Source: Gracilinanus agilis
Lineage: Eukaryota
NCBI RefSeq assembly: GCF_016433145.1
Contig: NC_058133.1
Location: 80,744,689 to 80,808,688, forward strand
Direction of reading: 5' to 3'
Length of the DNA: 64,000 nt
The position numbers were made by a program, and so were the translations under genes. A model generated the notes under the pieces. It worked only from the letters and a program-made list of their open reading frames with translations. It did not search any database and had not been told where the DNA came from. This document shows, piece after piece, positions 24,777 to 37,045 of the stretch (position 1 is the first letter of the stretch; each line of letters begins with the position of its first letter).

Positions 24777-26524
24777 CTTAAAAAATAGAATTGGATATGT
24801 GAAAGCTAATATGAGTATGTTTAGAAACAACATTTAGAAACAACAAAACCAAACCAAAAGAATGAAAATTTACTCACTTTGAAAATAGATCTAGGAGAGA
24901 TAATTTAAAGATTATTGGACTCTCTGAAAATTATAATAAAAAAGAGTCTTGACATCATTTTTCAAGAAATCATTAAGGAAAATCCTGATATCTTGGAACC
25001 AGAGGGCAAAATAGAAATGGAAAAAATCCACCAATCATTTCTTGAAAGAATTCCTAAAATGAAAAGCACCAGAAATATTATATTCAAATTCCAGAACTCC
25101 CAGGTCAAGGAGAAAATATTGCAACAGAGCCATAAAGAAACAGTTCAAATACCATGGAGCCACAGTAAGGATGACATAAGATTTAACAGCTTCTTCTTCA
25201 TTAAAGAAAGGCTTGGAATATGATATTCTGGAGAGCAAAGGATCTAGGAACACAACCAAGAATCATCTACCCAGAAAAATTAAATACAAATTCTTCAGGG
25301 GGAAAAAATAGACATTTAATGAAATAGGGAACTTTCAAGCATTTCTAAGACTAGAACTGAATAGAAAATTTGACTTTCAAAAGCAAGACTCAAGAGAAGT
25401 GTAACAAAACTAAACAGGAAAGAAACCATAAGAGACTCACTAAGGTAAATATTTAAGTTTGTAGTTTGAAGGACACCAAAAATGCATTTTTATTCTGACT
25501 ACAGATATAACTGCCTTCATCTCAGATTCTATAATCACTTCGAGAGTTTTACATTTTCACTGGTATGTGTACTTTATTTCATTTCAGCAAATACTTGTAA
25601 AATACCTGCTAGGTATAAGGCACTGTGCTAGAACATGTGCTAGAAATATGAAAACAGAAATGGGAAAAAAAATACTTGCCCTTAAGGAACTTGTATTTTT
25701 CTCCACTAATTACAAAACTTATTTGCTTTCTCCTGCTATGTTATTTTTTTCTTTTTCAGCCAGTAAAAGTAGAAATGATTTATTATACATGTGCTATAAT
25801 CATCCACAAAGAAAACATCCAGAATGTCTAGAGGCACATAACTACATGAATTGGTTTTAGGTAGAGAGAAGTTAAATGGTAGGAAGAGCCTTTATCATAT
25901 GATGGAGATAAAGCATTCTGCGTCAGTACAACATTTTATGTTGTCTTCCCATTTGACTATGGACTCCTTAAGAGCAAGGACTACTTTTTCTTGCCTTTTA
26001 AAAATTTTTTTGTGTACCCAGCACTTAATACAGTGCTGCTACATAATAAGTAATTGATAAATATTCGCTGACTAGTTGAATGATTGAGGCAGGAGAGCTG
26101 ATGTAGTCCTCCAAGTGGTGATGTACTATGAAAGATTCAGTCAAGTGTGACCATGAGCCAATCACTAAACATCTCTAATCTTTGTAGTGAATAGTCAGAC
26201 TACTTACACTTACACTTCTGCCTCATTTTTTTCCTTTTGCATTTTAACTTGGGCAATTGTCTCTTCCTCATCTTGGCTCTCATGGTGAAGTGGAAGTTGA
26301 CAAGACTTAAGGTGAAGGACCAAGCTCTTTCCTATGTTTTCCTATAAATTCTCCATGGAGGTTCTCCTGGTACACTGCCCACTTTGCCTTAGTTCTTTTC
26401 ATATCTTGGGGGTAGTGCCTATGACATCTCATCTTTTAGTCTCACTTTATGAATGGTTTTCCTCCTTTTCTAGCAATATACCTCTTTGCTCTGTCTCCCT
26501 GATGATTCCTTTTGTACCACTTCA

Positions 26525-27285
26525 TTTTAAAATTTAAATTTGCTTATTTTTTGTTACATTAAAATATCCAGTTAATTCCCTTCCTCCATTATAGAAGGCA
26601 TCATTTGACCAAAAGATACATGTACGTAAAACTATGTCTTGCTTATATCTGTTTATAAGTTCTTTCTCTGGAGGTATACATACATAAGTCATCCTTCATA
26701 CAATATTTTTGTTGTTATATATAATTTAAGGGAACATATTAACTATCAGATTTGTAGATAGGAAAAGAATTTACAAACAAAGAGGTAGAAAGTACTGAAA
26801 TGTAAAATGGATAATTTTGAGTTCATTAAATTAAAAAGGGGTTGTAAATTTTAGCAAAGTAGCAAGAATATAAAATAAACTCATGTAAATCATCAGCACT
26901 TCTATTTGTCACCAATGACATCCTGCAAGAAGAGATAGTAAGAGATAACCCATTTAAAATAATATAAATAAAATAAAATATTAGGAATATATCTGCCAAA
27001 ACAAACCCAGAAACTATATAAACATAATTATAAAATACTTTATTATACAAATAAATTAATATTTAAATAGTTGTAGAGATATTAATTGTTTCCTGGGTAA
27101 ATAGAGCCAATATAGTTAAAATTACATCCAACCTAATCTACTTAGTACCATCCCAATTAAATTACCAAAAAACTATTTTATTGAACTGGAAAAAAATAAT
27201 AATTCATTTGGAAAAACAAAAGATCAAGAATATCGAAGGAAGTAATAAAAATTATAAAGGAAGAAAGTTTAGTAGCACCATATTT
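26525..27285. mobile_element. Rearranged L1 fragment (minus-strand 3' UTR + two plus-strand ORF2 pieces)
   Basis: 26847-27285 translates to NFSKVA..YKIN..KSSA..KYLGIYLPKQTQKLYKHNYK (RT C-terminal part); 26730-26846 resembles the later CKMDNF.FIKLK region; 26525-26725 resembles an antisense L1 3' end. Confidence 0.7.
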
Positions 27286-27929
27286 TATGTCACTTCTTGA
27301 ACATGTTATCATTGGTAACATATTAAAGCCCAATTATGCCCACAGTACCATCTTTCCATTGTCTTTTAGCTTATTCATTATTTAGATTTCTGTTACAGAG
27401 ATCCTAGAGCTCTGTGATTCACAGCCATAGAACCTGAGAGTCTATTGGCATTAAAGTGATCAGATTTGTTGCATCAAAGCAATTCAGGATCATTGAAAGC
27501 ACCTTATCATTTCTCAAATGTGATCCATCCTGATCTCCTTCTCTTAATCATTTCTGAATCTCGTTCACTGTCATAGCACTTGCTTGATGTGTATATGCAT
27601 AATCTAATGTGTATATGGGTCTATTTACATATGCATTATGTGTATATAGTAACCTGATAGGCAGTCCATCTAGACAATTAATTTTTCATTCTCTGTTTTT
27701 CTAAGGTGTTTTCCAAGGCATATGACCAGCTTAATCTATTTCCAAATGCTACAGATTGCACAAGGAAGCTTTATGGCATTTCAGGGCTCAGTGGAATTAC
27801 TGTATTCAGTGTCATGTAAAAATAAGAGCATTTGAAAAGCCTTACCATCAATAGTCAATCATTCTCTTGTTCGGAATTGGTGTGGGACATTTTCTGTAAC
27901 ATTGGCCAACAGTTAGGTGGACATGTGTC

Positions 27930-28180
27930 AGTACTCAGTAATGTAATGGAAAGAATACTGGCTTTGGATCATGATACTTTGGTTGAAGACCTGACTTTGA
28001 CTCTTTCTAGTCTTTGTAATGATTAACAAGTCACCTAACCTTTTAAACCTCAGTTTCCTCAATTGTAAAATAGAAATAATAGTAGCACTTACCTCCCAGG
28101 GTTGTTGTATCAATTGGAATATTTGTAAAGCACTTAGCTCATTGCCTCATGCATAGTAGACACTTAATAAATGCTTATTT
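27930..28180 (+). mobile_element. MIR-type SINE
   Basis: aagtcacctaacc..cctcagtttcctcaattgtaaaat..aataatagtagcacttacctcccagggttgttg..gtaaagcacttagc. Confidence 0.8.
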
Positions 28181-29053
28181 CTTCACCTTCCCCTCCTGAG
28201 CCTCTTCCATATTTGTTCCCTATCTAGGAACTTTTGTATAACTGTGAAGAAGTTTTCCCTTACAATAAATTGAAATTTTCCACTTATTAATTTCCACCCA
28301 TTGTTCCTAGTTTTCTCCTTTGGGAAACCAGCAAAACAAGTCTAATTGCTTCACTTTCAGATATGTGAAAGCAGCTACTATATCCTCACTCAGTTTCTTC
28401 TTTTATTTCAGTTTTTTAGACTAAGATTTCCCTGTTTCTTAACTGATTTCCAATACTCTTCTTGTTGTCTTCCTCTGGTATTCTGTCTTGTCAATGCCAT
28501 TTTTAAAATGTGGCACCAAGAATAAAATAAAATATTTTAGATGTAGTCTGACCAAGGCATGATGCAATACAGCAAGAATATTATCTCCCTGATTCTAGAT
28601 GCTGTTAATGGACATTAATATGGCTAGATATCATCTTATCTCTTTGGGCTGACCTAGAATGGATGTATTAGATGGAGTTTTGATTGGGGAGGCTGAATAA
28701 AATGACATTTTGTGGTTCCCCCAGGCTGTAATTCCATTTTTAATCTTATCTTTCCAGTTCTTATAATAATTAACAAGTGTTAACATGACTATATCTTGTG
28801 CTATTTCTGAATTACTGCAAAGAATGCATTTGTAAGAATAATAAAACAAGGATCCAAAATTATTACAAGGGTGAAATATTTGTCGAGCATAAAGTACATG
28901 CATATGAATTGAAATATATTATGTTAAATATATGTAAAATGTTATATAATATACATATTATAGTATATATTTCCAGTCTGTATATCCAGTACTGACACAT
29001 GCTTACCTAAGTGATGGCTTATGTTATGGATGTTGTCCCATACATGTAATGGA

Positions 29054-29197
29054 NNNNNNNNNNNNNNNNNNNNNNNNNNNNNNNNNNNNNNNNNNNNNNN
29101 NNNNNNNNNNNNNNNNNNNNNNNNNNNNNNNNNNNNNNNNNNNNNNNNNNNNNNNNNNNNNNNNNNNNNNNNNNNNNNNNNNNNNNNNNNNNNNNNN
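29054..29197. other. Assembly gap (144 N)
   Basis: Run of N. Confidence 1.
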
Positions 29198-29375
29198 TTG
29201 CCTTCTGTCTTAGATTTTAAAGTCCCATCCATTCCAAGGCAGAAGAGAGATAAGGACTAGGCAATTGTGGTTAAGTGATTTTCCCAGGGTCACACATCTA
29301 TGTTGTTTTGAGGTCAGATTTGGACCCAGGTCCTCCCAACTCTGTTGTTCTATCTACTGAGCCACCTAGCTATCC
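29198..29375 (-). mobile_element. CORE-SINE whose tail runs into the gap
   Basis: ccttctgtcttag..ttccaaggcagaag..ggttaagtgattttcccagggtcacac..gatttggacccaggtcctcc..ctactgagccacctagct. Confidence 0.8.
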
Positions 29376-29709
29376 TATCTCACAATTCTTGCTGTTTACA
29401 AACTTGCCATATATTACTGAATTGGTCAAAAATTTTGGTACCAGTTCCTTTTATTTCTGAGAGAAATTGTTCATAGAGGACAAGATATCATCTTTATAGT
29501 AAAGTACTTTGTGGTACAATAGTAAGAATATTGGATTTAAAGTCAGTGGGTCCAAATTAAATCTTGGCTATATCACCATTTGTATGACTCTTAATTCACA
29601 TAACTTCTCTGGATCTCATTTTCCATATCTCCAAAATAAAAGAATTGAGCTTTCTAACCTATAAGGTCCATTCTAGCTCTAAGTCTGTGTTCCTTGGATA
29701 AGGATGTAG

Positions 29710-30225
29710 AAGGGAAATGGTTGGCCCATTTGGTGAGGGAATAGCTGAACAATGTATCTAAAATACATTAGATACAAAAAAAGTATCTAAAAGCAATAAA
29801 ATATTATTGTACCATAAGAAATGACAGATAGGAGGATTTCAGAGAAATATGGGAAATCTCATGCAATGAAATTGAGAGAAGTAGAATCAGGAAAATATTT
29901 TACAAAGGGACTAAAGTAATATGAAGGAAAATGATAATGAGACTTTAGAGTCTTGATCAAACCAGTGCCAGCTGTAGCTTCAGAACACTGATAATGAGAT
30001 ATGCCTCGTACTTCTCCTTAAGGAAGGATGTGATAATGGAATGTGGTTGCAGAATGAGGTACACATTTTCAGAAATGTGTTGGTACGTTTTGCTTGATTA
30101 TATTTATTTGTTACAAGAGAAAGTTCTATTTAGTAGGCTTGGGAAGGAGTCATTGGGATGTAACAATGATTTTAAAAATTGAAAAGAGACCAGTGGAGCA
30201 TTTAAAGTTAAAAAAAAAACAACTG
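29710..30225 (+). mobile_element. Old L1 3' end fragment
   Basis: gggaatagctgaacaa...tattattgtaccataagaaatgac..ggatttcagagaaa..gtggttgcagaatgaggtacacattttc, ending in an A-rich tail. Confidence 0.6.
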
Positions 30226-31319
30226 TGGTCACTTTGCCCTGGCCATATACCTCTTGTACTTAACAAGAGAAATCTGATTGACCTTAGGATAGGGAACACA
30301 AACAGGAAAATCTAATCAATGCAGATGAAAAAGATGTATGTATGTCTAATTGTGTAATCTTACTTTATATTATACTGAAGATTTATTAACATTGCTTATT
30401 TCTCTCTAAATACTAAACCTTCCAAGTTAGATACATTGAGGAAACATCCATAAATATAACATATCTGAATATAGAATTATTACTATATCAATTTATATGG
30501 TACCTTCATATTTACATAAGCTCATAAATATAGAACTGGAAGGGACCTTAGAAGTCATCTAGTCTAAGAAGACACCTTAAAAGTCCTGTGGTATTTTATA
30601 GATGAAGAAAACTAAGACTTAGAAAGGTTTAGTGACTTGCCTTATATCACTTAAGAAGGACATAGCAGAGTCAAAATCTCAAGTCAAGATCCTGTGCCTC
30701 CAAGTTTCCACTGCCCCACCTGATATCTTCTTATTTACATGGTAGACTGGGAAAGACCCAGCGCTCTCTGGAACCTTGCTAGCTTTACTTTACATGATGA
30801 TGTCACAATACAAACAGTAAATTATAAAGAGACTGGATGGATGTAGGAATTGTCTTTTCTTTGCCTGGCTCATCTGAAGTTTGACAATATGGTATAATAC
30901 AATGATTACAAACTTTTTATTGTGTGTCTCATTATTAGTAAAAAATTTTGAGCAAGTGCCTCAAATATATATATATATTTATAAATTAGCTATTTGTATT
31001 AGTTGTTTTATTTTATTTTTATTTAATAAAACTACTATTTTATTAGTTGTATATATTATGAAATACACAAAATAGGTACTTTAAAATAAAATAGAGATGA
31101 AATAATATTTTTCTGGAGTCAGTAGGGAGTCTTCGGAGTTGATTGAACAAGGAAGTAACTTAGACAGATCTTCACTTTAGAAAGCAGTTTGGCATCCATG
31201 TGGAGTGGAGAGAGAACTTGAAGCAGAGAGCAATTAGGAGGGTATTATAATAGTTCAAGCAGAAAGTAGTGAAGCTCTATAGGAGAGGGAGAGGTGGCTG
31301 AGAATGTTCTGTGGAATCA

Positions 31320-31935
31320 TGATTGATCATTGTATTCATCAGAGTTTTTATTTTAAGCCTTTCCAAATTGTTCATTTTTACAGTGATGTTGCTATTATTG
31401 TATAAATTGCTCCTTTGGTTCTGCTTACATCCCTCTGTATCAACTCATATAAATCTTTCTAGGTTTCTCTGAAACCATCTTTCTTTATTTCTTAACACAA
31501 CAAACAGAATTCCATGTCATTTATAAACTGTAGTTCATTCAACCATTTACCCATTGATGGTTTCTTTTTTAATTTATACTTATTTGCTGCCACAAAAAGA
31601 GCTACTATAAATATTGTATATAAAGGACTCTTTTCTCTTTCTTTTGTGTGTATGTATACACACAAACATATATATTGTAAGAATGACAGAGCCAATAACC
31701 AATGTAATTATTTAACACAAATTCCATTCTTACAATATTTATCTAGTACGAGTTTAGCTGAGTTAAAGGTTTAGCAAGTCTTTAATAGTTTAGTAACTTC
31801 GTTGCTTTCTAAATTTCTTTATAGAATGGCAGTACCAATTTATAGATCATTGTAGCACTTTGCCTCAGTGTATCAGTGTTTTCCCACAGTCCCTCTAATG
31901 TTTGTCATTGTCAATCTGATGGGTATAAGGTGGAA
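31320..31935 (-). mobile_element. Old L1 3' fragment (antisense)
   Basis: attgtataaattgctcctttggttctgcttac..ttcattcaaccatttacccattgatgg..tgccacaaaaagagctactataaatatt..gtcaatctgatgggtataaggtgg. Confidence 0.7.
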
Positions 31936-32184
31936 TCCCAGCTTTTATACTCTATTCTTTTACCTCTTCGGGAGGCTTTTTAATTCTTCTTTACTTTTTG
32001 CCATTAGAGTGTATCATCTGCATGTCCGAAATTGTTGATTTTGTGGAGATCCTGTGTTCAAGACCATCTACTGAGTCAATAGAAGTTCCTGACTGAGGGT
32101 TTAACAACAATGATAAAATTCCAGCTTCTGGGAGTTTTGAAGTATAAAAGTAGCCAGTCTTTCTCTAAGTCAAGAAACATTTAT

Positions 32185-32410
32185 TGGGCAGCTAGGTGGC
32201 ACAGTGGAATAGCATGCCTGACCTCGAGTCAGGAAGACTTCTCTTCCTGAATTCAAATCTGGCTTCAGATATTTATTAACTGTGGGTGACTCTGGAGAAG
32301 TCACTTAACTGCTTCAAAGGAAATGGCAAACTTTTCCAGTAGATTTGCCGAGAGCCCCAAATGGGGTCATGAAGAATCAAACATGACTGGAAACAAGTGA
32401 ACAACAATGT
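32185..32410 (+). mobile_element. Mar1-like CORE-SINE
   Basis: ggcagctaggtggcacagtgg head; gaaatggcaaac..ggggtcatgaagaatcaaacatgactg..gaacaacaa tail. Confidence 0.8.
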
Positions 32411-35086
32411 GTTCAACATTGAACACGTGAACAACCTTGTGCTAAATTGATGGGGATCCAAAGAAAGGTAAAAGACAGCTCTTACTCTCAAGAAGCACAG
32501 AATCTTGGGAAAAACAAGCAAGCAACTACATACAACTGTGTATGAACAATAAAGGACAAATTGGAAATAATCTTAAGATACAAAAATGGTATCATAGCAC
32601 GTCTGATAGACCTCATAATGGGTTAAAAGTGCATTGATATTCTTTAGCTGCTGGTGTTTTTTTTCTTTTTAAATTTTTTAGTTTTATGATTTGAAATTAT
32701 CTTTTTTGTCAGAAGTTCATAGAAAGGGCGCACATAGCAAGTTGTCCAGAAAGCAGCTGAAGTGCTCCATGTTGATAAACTTAATGAGACTTGGAGTGGA
32801 ATGAATGATTACATCCTTTGTAAATAATCTGCATTTTAGAAGTAAATGTTAGCTTTAGTTTGTTATTGGAAGTGAATAAAGTTGCTTGCCAGTCCTTAAA
32901 TGAGCCCTTCCTTGCTTTGGAAGATGGGATCTGTGGCAGGATATTTCTGACACTGAAGTCTTTAACCAACATGCATATACAACTGCTGACCTTCGGGGTG
33001 TGTTCCTTTTTAAGAATGAAAAATCTATCTACATGTGTATGCACAAATACATATCCAATATACGGGGTAGCCATTATTAGGGTACTTTTATGCTTTATAA
33101 ATATTGACTTTTAAGGAAGCTTTTTTCTTCTTTAGAAAAAGGAGTGAGGACTTCACTATCTCATATTCATGTAAATAGATGCTGTCTTTTGGATTTTCCC
33201 TTTTTTATGTTGTTTTATTTTAAATTTAACATTCTCTCTCCTTATCTAAAAATATTTGGTGTTGGGAGCAATATCTTTCTTCTTTCAAGCCAGGGTATCA
33301 GAACAACCCTCAGTCTGAAATAAAAAGCAAGTTTTCTGGTTCATCCTTTGGGTCTGCCTTCCATTTGATTCTTGAATCATATGCCTTAAGAAGCAGATCT
33401 GTTGGTTCCTATTATTCTTAGAAGAGCAGCCCTAAAAACCCAAGTGAAATAAATCTTGCATTTTTTGCTATTTATAAAATGAATCTATATTTGTTCCCAT
33501 GTAATTAATCAAACTTACCTCACCACTAAAAGGTAATTATTAAGATTTATTGAAGAGTCTGTATTTGTATTCTTGAAAAAATTTTTTTATTGCATTTTTA
33601 TCCTCAGTACCCAGAATAGTGTCTGGAACACAGTAAGCACTTAATAAAGCTTGTTGAGTGATTGTTGAGGAGGAAATAATAAGAATAATGATATCTAATT
33701 AGTGAAATTTATCTTTTTAAAATTAATTTATGAGACCTACGATTTCATTGGTGCAGGAATTTCCAATTTCCCAGCAAGGAACTTTTTATAATAATGTGGA
33801 AACACCTTGTCTGCTACTTAGAGCCTTTGAGCGTTGCATGAGACTCTCCTGAAAGGTTGTGTCTTGCCCCGTCATGTAGGCAGTATTTGTCCACCATACT
33901 TGAATTTAGACCTTTTTACCAGGAAGCCAAGGTGCCTCAACTTTTGTATAGGGCTTTAAATAGAGCACTAATTTGTTTTGTGGAGTGATTGTTCTTTGAA
34001 TCTCACGATAGCTCAGTAAGATTTGGTAGGAAAGCACCCCTTGAGCATCATATCATCATCTCATCATGCAGGAAGGTGATAGCTTAGCTTCACAACATTT
34101 CATGATCTATCTCCACAGCTGCTGGTTTCAGAGACCTTGGTCTTTTTTATAGATGAACAGCACAAGGATTTTCTGTGAATCATTTTTATTTTTATAGTTT
34201 TCCTTAGGTATCTCTTTCATAGCCAGGATGACTTTACTATTGCTTATTCTGTTTGATGGAACAGTTTTAATGTTTTTAAAATGAGAAACTTTCCTCTCCT
34301 CTACTTCACCCATGGTTGTAACTCAAAACCTACCTTCCTTCTAGTTATTGGAACACTTTCAGTCAAAGGAAGGCATGGATTCTTTCCTTCAGAGAATGGC
34401 TGTGTTCTGGAGGCTCTTGGTTTGTGTTCAGTTGTAGCAATTTTTCTTTTAGCAGCTGTAAACAAGCTTTGAGCTTTTTAGTGTGTTTCTGGAAAGACCT
34501 TACTCTATGATTAGCACTTTCTGAAATGTTTCTACCTGTTAAGGAGAAGAAAGCTTGCTTTGATTTTTTGCCAGAATTCAAGACTGACCAAAGGAAATGG
34601 ATAGATTTTGCTTGTGACTTTTGCTGTTTGATTGGCATCTGCCCTATTTCAAGTAAAATAAAAACCTTTCCTCAATTTCAGGTATAGCACCAATAAATGT
34701 TGTTTGGTTTGCTTTGATTCTCTTTTTTAAAACAAGGTTCTCCTACTTTTCTGTAAATACTAAGATATTTTGTTTGTAACAGGATCAGAAATTAGGGAGG
34801 TTGTATTTCCTAAAGGTAAAAATAAATCTTAATTTTAGCAAAACTCAACATAGGATGTTTGCTCGTTTTACTACTTTGTATTGAAAAATTGGTATAACTA
34901 TCTTTCTGAAGACTCTTGTGGTTTAGTAAAAAAACACTGGATTTAGAATCAGAGACTTATGGTATATATTTTTATAGTTTTTTATCTCTACTGTGCAATT
35001 AATAACTGACTTCAGACAAGTTTCTTCTCCATTTTGAGTCTTGGCTTCCTTATAGATAGAATGAGACATTTGTACCAGACTGGAGA

Positions 35087-35480
35087 TTCTTAACCTTTTG
35101 TGTATAATGGGCATCTTTCACAGTCTGGAAAAGCCTATAAACCTCTTCTTAGAATAATATTTTTAGGGGGCAGCTGCGTAGCTCAGTGGAGTGAGAGTCA
35201 GGCCTAGAGATGGGAGGTCCTAGGTTCAAATCTGGCCTCAGCCACTTCCCAGCTGTGTGACCCTGGGCAAGTCACTTGACCCCCATTGCCTACCCTTACC
35301 ACTCTTCTGCCTTGGAGCCAATACACAGTATTGATTCTAAGATGGAAGATAAGAATTTATAAAAAAAAAAGAATAATATTTTTAAAAGCATAAATTAAAA
35401 TACACAGAATTACAAAGGAAACTAATTTATATTGAAATATATTTACCAGTTTTTAAAGACAAAATTATAAACCTCAGTTT
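35087..35480 (-). mobile_element. Charlie4z-like hAT fragment interrupted by a SINE
   Basis: ttcttaaccttttgtg...cagtctggaaaagcctataaacctcttcttagaataat [SINE] aaaagcataaattaaaatacacagaattacaaaggaaactaat. Confidence 0.6.
35166..35369 (+). mobile_element. SINE1_Mdo-like SINE with perfect TSD
   Basis: Full-length copy; 15-bp TSD agaataatattttta at 35151-35165 and 35370-35384. Confidence 0.93.
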
Positions 35481-36804
35481 TAGAACTTCTGAACAAGATG
35501 ATCTACAAAGTTTCACTATAGCTCTTTTAAAAAGTTCCTCATCTTTTGCTTTACACTATAGCATGTTTTTTGTTTTTAATCTGAAGAAAATTTGACCTTA
35601 AACTGGACTTTATTGGATGATTTTTTCATAATTAGAGTGTTTTCCTTGTTTTCTCAGAAACATCTGTTACATTTCACAGGGAAAAGTGCAGAATTGAAAG
35701 GAGTGTGAGTCCCAGACATTTTACAGCTGTTGGTTGGCTATGTTAAAAGGCTGGATGCATCTTGTCACTGCAATATCCAGCATTTTTTAAAGGGTCAGGT
35801 TCTAAGATGTGAACTAAAGAGAGTCTGGAAAAAAGAACTATGACTTAACCTGTTTGCCCAGTTACATACATGCTCCAGGGAAATGTGTTTATCCAGCAGG
35901 TAAGAAAGAGAAAGTTAGATATTAGCATAGCATGAATGATGGCTTTCATTTTTTGAGCCCCTTCATTTCAGCATGACAGAAATCATCTTTGGAAGAGGAT
36001 CCATTAGGAAAACAAATGTCCCAAAGTAGAACTGATTGCTCTGGAAAATAGTGAGTTTTCTGGACTTCAAGCAAAACAAAGAAGATCATTTATTGGAAAT
36101 GTTGCAGAAGAGATTCTTGTTCAGATGTGACCTTGATTAGGTGGCCTGAGGTCTCTTCCAAACCCGTAATTCTGTATTCTGTTTCACTAACACATACAGA
36201 CAGTAAACTTCATGGAGTTGTGTTTTCTTTTCAGTTTTTGAAAGACAGTGGAACTTACCCTGAACGATTGTCTTCAAAGAATTGCTTCATGTGAAAGTTA
36301 ACAAAAAAAACTAAACAAAAGTCTTGAATTCTGATACATTTGAGTCAATATTTGCTGAAAGCATGAATATTTTAGGAACGTTTACATTTTTTTGTTTTCG
36401 TTTGGCTTATCTTTATTAATCAAGTAGTAAAAACATAAATACTTTTGTATTTATAGGGACAGATGCTTATGGGAATTTTTATAATGTAATTGGCCAGTTT
36501 AGCTTATTAGTAAACACTTGGACCAGGAGTGCTCTTTTAGAGGAGAACTGAACTCTGTAGTATTCTTAAGTTCTTTAAGAAATATAAACTAATTATTATA
36601 AACTAGTAAAAGACATTAGAGCCTCCTAGAAAATAAGTTTTCTGGAGCCAGGAAACACTTTCTCATTTACTTTACTCACAGTACTTACAAAACCCTGTAT
36701 TTAGATGATGCTTATTTAAGTGTTTGTTCACTGAATGACTAAATGAATGATCATTATATTGGCTTCTATTTTTATTTCCTGAAGTTTCTTGGGAGAAAAA
36801 CTTG

Positions 36805-37045
36805 GGGGAGCAGCTAGGTAGTAGTTCCATAGTTAGAGCTCTGGGTCTGGAATCAGGAAGACTCATCTTTATGAATTCCAATCCCATCTTAGACACTTAT
36901 TTTTTTATATGATCCTGGGTAGGTCAATTATTTGCCTCACTTTTCTCTTTTATAAAATGAGCTGGAAAAGGAAATGCCAAACTACTTCAGTATCTTTGCC
37001 AAGAAAATCCCAAATGTGGAGTCACCAAGAGTTGAATATATCTGA
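36805..37045 (+). mobile_element. Mar1-like CORE-SINE
   Basis: ggagcagctaggtagt head; gagctggaaaaggaaatgccaaactacttcagtatctttgccaagaaaatccc tail. Confidence 0.75.

Larger units (their letters stand above)
23162..25400 (+). pseudogene. Disrupted L1 ORF1p coding sequence
   Basis: MSKQKKNLTIESYYADRE at 23162, coiled-coil repeats (KFTEEKNSLK-like), and NRSRRDNLKIIGL / SLDIIFQEIIKEN / ILEPEGKIEMEKIH / RNIIFKFQNSQVKEKILQ remnants (track ORF 24915..25223). Multiple frameshifts and insertions. Confidence 0.85.
22300..25450 (+). mobile_element. Marsupial L1 5' UTR + ORF1 segment with nested insertions, no adjoining ORF2
   Basis: 5'UTR-like sequence (tagatcataccaccttggaagaact...ttaacatgaagttaaaagttaagaaat), ORF1 start and ORF1 RRM/CTD remnants; similarity stops shortly after the ORF1 end. 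The 5' boundary is approximate. Confidence 0.8.

Noticed and set aside
24915-25223. 102-aa ORF with clear protein similarity
   Set aside because: A remnant of L1 ORF1p (RRM region) with frameshifts on both sides; no sign of domestication.
32590-32630. GGGTTAA resembling a piggyBac terminus
   Set aside because: No matching TTAACCC partner end or internal similarity was found.
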